NCBI RefSeq assembly: GCF_009914755.1
Contig: NC_060939.1
Length of the DNA: 64,000 nt
Direction: 5' to 3' (one strand)
From: the human T2T-CHM13v2.0 reference genome, Homo sapiens
Shown one piece after another: positions 51,087-64,000 of the stretch. How positions within the stretch are numbered: position 1 is the stretch's first letter; every line of letters begins with the position of its first letter. Below the pieces are notes generated by a model, which was not told the DNA's origin, searched no databases, and saw only the letters and a list, made by a program, of their open reading frames with translations. A program made the translations under genes and the position numbers.

Positions 51087-54000
51087 TTACTAAAAATACA
51101 AAAATTAACCAGGCGTGGTGGCAGGCACCTGTAATCCCAGCTACTTGGAAGGTTGAGGCAGGAGAATCGCTTGAACCCGGGAGGTAGAGGTTTCAGTGAG
51201 CCGAGATCTCGCCACGCACTCCAGCCTTGGCGACAGAGAGAGACCTTGGCTCACAAAAAAAAAAAAAAAAAAAAAAAAAAAGCCAGGCATGGTGGTGCAT
51301 GCCTGTAATTCCAGCTACTCGGGAGGCTGAGGCAAGAGAATCACTTGAACTTGGGACAAAGAGGTTGCAATGAGCCGAGATCATACCGCTGGAAACAACA
51401 CAACCACTGCCATGAATGCTTAAACCAAAAACTGAGGATGCAGATATCATCTATTCCTTACCTTTTGCCTCATGCCTAATCTATCAGCAAGTCTTTTTGC
51501 TTCTTCCATCCTTCTAAAATCTTTCTCACATTCATCCTCTTCACTCTATCTCCAAGGATAACCTTTCCAGTGCAAGCTACCATCAACTATGGCTTGGGTT
51601 ACAGCAGCAACTTCTTAATTGCTCCCACTGTTTGAAACACCAGACATCCAAGTGAAGATGTCAAGTAGGCAGTTGGATTTATGATTCTGGAGTTCAGAAG
51701 TGAGATGACACAGAGATATAAATTTGGGAACTGAATACATACAAATGGTATTTAAAGTCACAGAACTAGATGAAATCCCCTAGGTAGAGGTTATAAACAG
51801 GCAATAGAAAAGAGCTGAGTATCATGCCAAGAGGTATCTTCTGAAATTGACTTAAGGAAGAAAATCTAGTCGAGGAAGACAGAAGGCAGAAGTTCTGGCA
51901 GACTACCTCACAAGTCTCTTGATTCCCAATTTTTCTCAGTCCTCATTATCATGGACCCAATAAACCACCCTCTCAAAATAATACCCCATGCCATCACACT
52001 ACTCTCACCTCCTACGTGCTTGCCTATTGTTTCCACGTTCTTACCTCATTCTTCCATTTTCCACCCGTTTCAATCATTCCTGTTCTCTCTTTCTCATCAT
52101 CTCTGTCTCACTCTCTTTTCCTCTGTGTGTGTGTATATATATGCACACATTTTCCTCCTCAAAGATCTTATCCGGGCTGGGCGTAGTGGCTCACGCCTGT
52201 AATCCCACCACTTTGGGAGGCCAAGGCAGATGGATCACTTGAGGTCAGGAGTTCGAGACCAGCCTGGCCATATGGCAAAACCCTGTCTCTACTAAAAATA
52301 CAAAAATCAGCCAGGTGTGGTGGAACACACCTGTAATTCCAGCTACTTGGGAGGCTGAGGCACAAGAATTGCTTGAACCTGGGAGGTGGAAGTTATAGTG
52401 AGCCAAGATGGCACCACTATACCACAGCCTGGGTGATGGAGTAGGACTCTGTCTTAAATAAATTAAATTAAATTAAACCCTGTCTCTACAAAATATGCAA
52501 AAAATTAACTCGGCATGGTGGCACATGCCTATATTCCCAGCTACTCAGGAGGTTGAGGTGGGAAGATCATCTGAGCCCAAGAGATTGAGGCTGCAATGAG
52601 TTGTTTGTGCCACTGCACTCCAACCTGGGTGACAAAGCGAAACCCTGTCTCAAAACAAAAAGGATGTTATCCATTCCCACAACCTCAACTATAAATTTAC
52701 TGATAACTTCCAAATACCTAGCTAAGTGTTACTCAAAGTGTGGCCCATACACCACTATTACAGAATCAGCAGGACATGCTTGTGAAAATGCAGATTCTTG
52801 GACCTCACCTCAGACCTACAGTATCAGTTCCCCTGGTAATTCTTAAGCAATGGCTTTTATCAATGTCCACTAATTCATACGTATTATTTTATTTGAATTG
52901 CATGTGAGATAATGTTAGGAATACTACAGCCTTCACGCTTACTAATAGCAATATGAATGAAAAAGGATCTGCAGACTAAGAAGGAAGTTTAAGGAAATCA
53001 GAGACTATAACCAGGGATTAGACTCTAATGGAAATTGTACGATTGCTTAAACCTCTATAAATGTCCCATACTATTTAACTTTGTCTAAAGATAAACAATA
53101 AGGAGTAGGGGGAACAACTGAGCTTGTATTGCTTAACAGCAAAGTAGTAAACTTGGAAGCCAGTGTCATACCATGGCTAGAATAAAATTAAAAACAGTAA
53201 TAGCTTTTAAAAGAGAAAAAGAGAAAGAGAGAGGTAGAATGATCTGTAGGGTCTTCAGTAGACAGAGAGATCCAAGCCAAAAAAGGGGTTATAAAGCTTA
53301 ACAGTCACAGGACTTCATTTACTGACATTACTCTACCTTGAATTAAAATTATTTGGGCCCTTATATTACCTGTGTCACCAGACTGTGAGTTCCTTGAGGC
53401 TATATTACACAATCTACCTACTACTTTGCAAAACCCAAAGCCCTGCCCAACAAAATCTAATAATATTTCCTGAGGTAAAGAGTTGCCACATAAATTCTAG
53501 CTCAATTCCTGTATCATTATCTCCAATTCCAAATTAGTGACGTCCAGAATGATGGGGTTTTATTGTATTATCTGGAAAAAATTAATGTATCAAAGCTTTA
53601 AATAAATATTAGTCTTCAGATACAAAACTATAACAATTCTTCTGACCACAGCAGTTTCCCCACTCCTTCTAACAAGCAAAACTCACAAACTACCATTAAA
53701 ATGTTTCAGTTGCTTTTAAATTTGTCCTACCTCCTCATTCCTTATCATCTCAAATAAGATGCTTCCTCCTTCAGGAACAGTAGTGAAGTGAATTTGAACT
53801 GCTATTTGGGGTGGAGGAAAACGGCAAGCACTGACATAGTCAGTGGCCAAATCCTTTTTCCAACTCCCTCCCTACCTTGTTCCTACCTCCTAGACAGTCT
53901 CTTCAGTCCCTGGAGTTGACTCATGCGGTAGCTCCCTCTGTAGTTCCCTCTGTTCTCGCATAAAACAATGTTCAATTGTATGCAGGGTTAAAAAAAAAAA

Positions 54001-55129
54001 CAAAAAACCTTCAAGGATGCTTTTAATCTGTAATCCCAGCACTTTGGGATGCCGAGGCAGGTGGATCACCTGAGGTCAGGAGTTCGAGATCAGCCTGGCC
54101 AACATGGTGAAACCCCGTCTCTAATAAAAATAAAAATAAAAAAAATTAGGCAAGCATGGTGGCAGGCACCTGTAATCCCAGCTACTCAAGAGGCTGAGGC
54201 AGGAGAATTCCTGAACTCGGGAATTTGCAGTTCAATTCCTGAACTCGGAAGGTTGCAGTGAGCCGAGATTACACCACTGCACTTCAGCCTGGGCAACAAG
54301 AGCAAAACTCTGCCTCAAAAAATAAATAAAATAAAATAATGTTTTTATTAAACTACAAGCCAAAGAAACTTCAGAAAAAATGTGTATATCCCAAATCTCT
54401 AAATGCTGCTATTTAGAAAGACAAACTAATAAAACATCATGCGGTGACAGATATTTGAATATTTTCTACATATCTCCACACTAGATGCCCTGGGCATCCA
54501 GAACATTCCCTAACATTGCCCCCTACTCTTATCTTCCTCGGCAGCTTTCTCCCTGTAGCTAGTGACTCAAATTTGTTCACTATCTGTGCCTTCCCATTCT
54601 TTCAAAATGCAAGAGCAAAGTATAGATTCCGACATCAATTAATGGTATTGCTCTGGCTTGAAATGTTTGGGAGTCCTTTCTTCACCTTTAAAAAGTAGCG
54701 ACAGATGATGGGTTTCTCCACTGAGGGTTAGGCCTGGGGTTCCCAAGATGCTATACGCAAGGACAATTACTACACCTCACATCTAGACATGACTTGACAG
54801 TAGCAGCACTACCTACCAATATCAGGTCCCGGCCAGCAGGCTATGCAATAAAATACCAGGTGCTGCGTTCCCATCATCAAGAGTAAAGGGTTAGTACTGC
54901 TTCTATACGAAAATGGCTCTTGCTCCAACCCCGCCTCGGCCCCCACATCAAACCGTCTAATAACATCACTGGTTCTTTCTACTTCAGAATAGAGACATGC
55001 ACACTTGAGATCATCAAGAATAATACATAACAAAGTCATTATATTCCGTAGACTTGGCTGGCAGAAATGTGGGTTGCGACTAACTTTTTATTCGGTGGCT
55101 TCCTTCCAGATCAATCCAGATAACTCCCC

Positions 55130-55530
<401 letters not shown>

Positions 55531-56731
55531 TCTTGGTAGCTGAATGGTTGTATATCTGGGTTTGGTGCTGGGAACTGTTGCATCTACGAGGTAAAAAAAA
55601 CAAAGTCAGCGTCCATTATGAAAGGAAGAAAACTTGTCGGGGGCTAAAGCAAGAACCTGTCCTAGCTGGCCGGTTGTTGGCCTGGGGATGTTTTGTATCC
55701 CAACCTCCCTGCAGTAGTTCCCCAGAGCCTACAAAATGAAAAAGAAAGTACTCACACATCTTCTATTTTTAGGATTCTACCCCGTGGGCACTTGCACATG
55801 TGTACAAAAAAAGCTCGGGATCCAGCTTTATTGGGGGACACGGGGGGAAATAACAAAAAATTGGAAACCTAGTCATTCATCGATAGAGGAAAGACAAGAT
55901 ATACTATGGTACATTCGCATTTTGAAATACTGTGCAGCTCTTGAGCAAGATAAATCTGCGTGAAAAGATCAAGATAAATTGAGAGAAAAAAAAGCCAAGT
56001 TGCTGCAAACTATATATTTGCACACATAGGCATTTAAATGTGAAGGAGTAAGTCTGAAAGGGGAAAGGGCAAAGTAGTAACTCTGAGGGCCAGGATTCGG
56101 ATTGGAGGAAGAAGGTGGTCAAGAGCTACTTTACCTTCATTTGTATTTTAAATTTTTTACAAAACAAATAATTTTAAAGTATATTTTTAACAAAGGGAAG
56201 AAAATAAAGCTCCAAACAATGTGAAAAGTAGAGGAGGCTTTCCAAATGCTGTGGTCCACCTTGATTTATAGAACTTTCCTGCCTAAACAATGTTTCTGCT
56301 CAAATGAACTACTTCCTGGGTGCTAAAATACTGTTTTTCCAGCCTTTTTTGCCCAACAACCACAATAAATACATTTTACATCTTATCACGGTACACCTAT
56401 ACAAAATTAAATGGGTATATATAGAATATGTATATATATACTGAAACTTAAATTTTCTGAAACAATACTTCCAATATGTCATATTTTCTATTCAATTGCA
56501 ATATGTTTATGCATTTAAGCCAAAATACTGGTTGTAGTTATTAAAGTGATACTATAACCCACAATAGGTATTGTCCCACATTTTGATAAAAATTGCCCTA
56601 AAAGTTACCTTGTCCCTTCCTGTCTCTATGCTTTTACTTCTGTAGTTCTCTTATGCTACCCCACGCTCTTCTCTTTTTCTTCTTTCATTCCTAGATAAAT
56701 GAAATAGACTAGAACGTTCAGAAATAGGTCA

Positions 56732-56987
<256 letters not shown>

Positions 56988-57386
56988 CTACAAGAGCAAA
57001 ACTCTGTCTCAAAAAAAAAAAAAAAGAAAAAGAAAAAACAGAAAATAAAAAGAAATAATAGCCACTTATCAACATCTTAATGTAATCAAAGCACTAGTAT
57101 ATTAATAACACTAGCTATATATTAATAACAATCCTTTAGGTAGATGTTACTACTTCTATTTTACTGTCATGAGAAACTGAGAAAACTGAAGTTTAGAGAA
57201 GTTACATAATTTGGTTAGGGACATGCAGCTTCCAAGTGACACAGCAGATATTCAGCCAGCACAATGGCTCACCCCTGTAATGTTAGCACTTTGGGAGGCC
57301 AAGGCGGGAGGATTACTTGAGCCCAGGAGTTTGAGATGGGCAACATAGCAAGACTCCCACCTCTACCAAAAAATAATAATAAATAA

Positions 57387-58447
<1,061 letters not shown>

Positions 58448-58514
58448 AAGAGGCCGGGCGTGGTGGCTCAAGCCTGTAATCCCAGCACTTTGGGAGGTCA
58501 AGGCCAGCGGATCA

Positions 58515-58799
<285 letters not shown>

Positions 58800-58820
58800 T
58801 CAAATCATACCCCAAAATAA

Positions 58821-58950
<130 letters not shown>

Positions 58951-59752
58951 TAGCTAGGATTACAGGTGCATGCCACCACGCCCGGCTAATTTTTTATATT
59001 TTTAGTAGAGACAGGGTTTCACCATGTTAGCCAGGATGGTCTCGATCTCCTGACCTCGTGATCCGCCTGCTTCGGCCTCCCAAAGTGCTGGGATTACAGT
59101 CATGAGCCACCGCGCCCGGCCCTCAGAATAATTATTAACAGATTAAAGAGTTAACTGCTAAAAAGAGTAAATAAGTAAAAATTATTATTATTTTTTTGGA
59201 GACAGGGTCTTGCTTTGTTACTCAGGCTGGAGTGCAGTGGCATGGTCTTGGCTCACTTCAACTCTACCTCCAGGACTCAAGCGATCCTCCCACCTCAGCC
59301 TCCCAAGCAGCTGAGACCACTGGCATGCACCACCATGCCTGGCTAATTTTTGTATTTTTTTGTAGAGACAGGGTTTCTCCATGTTGCCCAAGCTGATCTC
59401 GAACTCTTGGGCTCAAGTGATCCACCCACCTTTGCCTCCCAAAGTGCTAGAATTACAGGCATGAGCCACTGAGCCCTGCCCAAAGTAAATATTTTTTTAA
59501 TATTGCATTGGAGAAGTCTTTTTTAAGCATGTTGCTAAAGGCAAAAAATATAAACATAAAAATACTTATATGTAATTTTATTAAAATTAAAAACATAAAA
59601 ATAAATGACATAAAATTTAAAAGGTAAACAAAAACTAGGGAAAAATGTCTGCAGTAGACATGGCAGATCAAAGGATAAAATCCCAAAGTGGCCAGGCACC
59701 ATGGCACATGCTTGTAATCCCAATACTTTGGGAGGCCGAGGAGGGTGAATCA

Positions 59753-60055
<303 letters not shown>

Positions 60056-60692
60056 TTATTAATTTGTGAAAAAGACCTAACTAGTAAGCAAATAAATGCA
60101 AAATAAGTAAAAATTGGATATGATTTATTGTCCGTAAATTTGGCAAGGTTTTTTTTTTTTTTTGGAAGATAATCAGTGTTGGTAAGAAGCTGGAAGGACA
60201 ACCATATTATTAAGTAAAATGCAAATGTAAATTGGTAAACCTCTTGGAAGGTGGTGTGGCAATATTCAGAAGCCTTTTTTAAAAAATGTATACTATTTGG
60301 ACCAGGCACGGTGGCTCACGCCTGTAATCCCAGCACTTTGGGAGGCCAGGGCGGGTGGATCACGAAGTCAGGAGTTCAAGATCAGCCTGGCCAAGTTGGT
60401 GAAAACCCGTCTCTACTAAAAATACAAAACATTAGCTGGGCATGGTGGTGGGTGCCTGTAATCCCAGCTACTTGGGAGGCTGAGGCAGAGAATTGCTGGA
60501 ACCCAGGAGGTGGAGGTTGCAGTGAGCCAAGATCGCGCCACTGCACTCCAGCCTGGGTGACAGAGCGAAACTGCATCTCAAAAAAAAAAAAAAAAAAAAA
60601 AAAAGCATACTATTTGACCAGTGATTCCATTTTTAACACTTTATACTGGAAAAATAATTCAGGGTGTCAGCCAAATCTTAACTACATAATTA

Positions 60693-61090
<398 letters not shown>

Positions 61091-62122
61091 TTATTTAAAA
61101 AAACAACAACAACACCATGTTGGCATTTGCACTGATGAGTGCAAAAGCTTGGTAGCTGAAACTACTGGCCTCTTAGCACAAAATCAAGGCAGCGACACCA
61201 AACTGGACTAGTCATCAAAGTGAAGTAGTAGTTTCTTCACCACCATGCACTTGCAGTTAAAAAAAAAAAAAAAAAAAAGGGAGGGGGGAGAAAAGTCTTT
61301 CCGTTAAGAATACCCTTGATGAAGTAAACATTAATTTTATTAAATCTCAACCCATGAGCCTTTTAAATATTCTGTATGATGAAATAGGAAGCGCACAAAG
61401 TTTTTCTGCCATGTACAAAGTATGATGACTGACTTGAGAAGAAGCACTTCTGCATTGAGTTGCTAGCTCAACCAGCCACTTTTTTAATCACAGAACACCC
61501 TTTTTACTTAAAAGAACAACTGACAACTGTAACTATGATTATTCAGACTTGACTATTTGGCAGGCATTTTCTCAAATATGAACAAGACTTTTTCTTCAAG
61601 GAAAACAACTGTCAGTTTTTGTTGTCTATGACAAATTTGAGCTTTCAAATGAAAAATTAGAATTGTGGAAAAGTCATATCTGCCACTGTGAGCTTGACAA
61701 AGTCCTCAGGATCAGTGGTGATATTAATGTGATTTTTTGATAAATTATAATGACGTGTCAACATGTAGAAGATTGGTATAACTCAATCAGTATTTTCCAG
61801 ATGACAAATGAGGTGTTAAAAATCCAGCATGGGTTGGGCGCGGTGGCTCACACCAGCACTTTGGGAGGCAGAGGCGGGTGGATCACGAGGTCGAGTTCGA
61901 GACCAACCTGGCCAAGATGGTGAAACCCCGTCTCTACTAAAAACAAAAGTACAAAAATTAGCTGGGCGTTAGACTCCATCTAAAAAAAAAAAAAAGGTGG
62001 GTAAAAGAACCATCCAAAATGCTAAATAGAACAATGGAATTGAATGCTGTGGAGTACAAGAATTTCATTGATATGGTTTCAGATTCCACACTGAATTGAG
62101 TCTTAAGAAACTACTATTTATT

Positions 62123-63106
<984 letters not shown>

Positions 63107-63207
63107 TTATGTATCTGTGTAAGGCCAGATTTTCTTCGTACACTTCAACCAAAACAATATATCACAATATATCGAATACAAAAGCAGTTATAAGAACCTA
63201 GCTGCCA

Positions 63208-63613
<406 letters not shown>

Positions 63614-64000
63614 TTAATTTTTATTTTAAAATACTGTTTTTGTTAAACATATATTGGGTTTATTCTTTCAAAATAATTGATAAATATTTTAACATTTTCT
63701 CAGTTTTAACTTATATTTTCTTTTTGTTTGTTAGTTTTTTTGAGACGGAGTCTCACTCTGTCCCGCAGGCTGGAGTGCGGTGGCGTGATCTCGGCTCACT
63801 GCAACCTCCTCCTCCCGAGTAGCTGGGATTCAAGTGATTCTCCTGCCTCAGCCTCCTGAGTAACTGGGATTACAGGCATGCGCCACCAGTATTATGAATT
63901 TCTTTGATTCATACGCAAAGATGTACTTCTTTTTTCATTTGCCTTCAGTTTACAGTAGCTTTGTGAGTAAACAAGCTATAAGGTCTTCTGTAGGTTCCAT

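Overview
Primate (hominoid, almost certainly human) genomic DNA. The window holds the 5' part of UBR1, the N-degron/N-end rule E3 ligase, on the minus strand: a CpG-island promoter near 55.2-55.5 kb and coding exons 1-12 (c.1-1439, codons 1-480, covering the UBR-box and ClpS-like domain). All junctions read are GT-AG and the frame is continuous; the gene continues past the left edge. The rest is intronic or upstream DNA rich in Alus (about 55-60 copies or fragments), L1 fragments, a full-length SVA, a near full-length Tigger1 and hAT/Charlie remnants. Nearly all listed ORFs are repeat-derived artefacts. Most notable: (1) an L1PB whose 5'UTR is joined to the end of ORF2 at apparent splice sites, suggesting a retrotransposed spliced L1; (2) a 33-nt copy of exon 7 just inside intron 9; (3) three independent retrotransposon insertions in a ~57-bp ancestral site upstream of exon 4; (4) a local inverted duplication in intron 4. 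Repeat subfamily calls rely on remembered consensus sequences and need RepeatMasker/Dfam confirmation; repeat boundaries are approximate.
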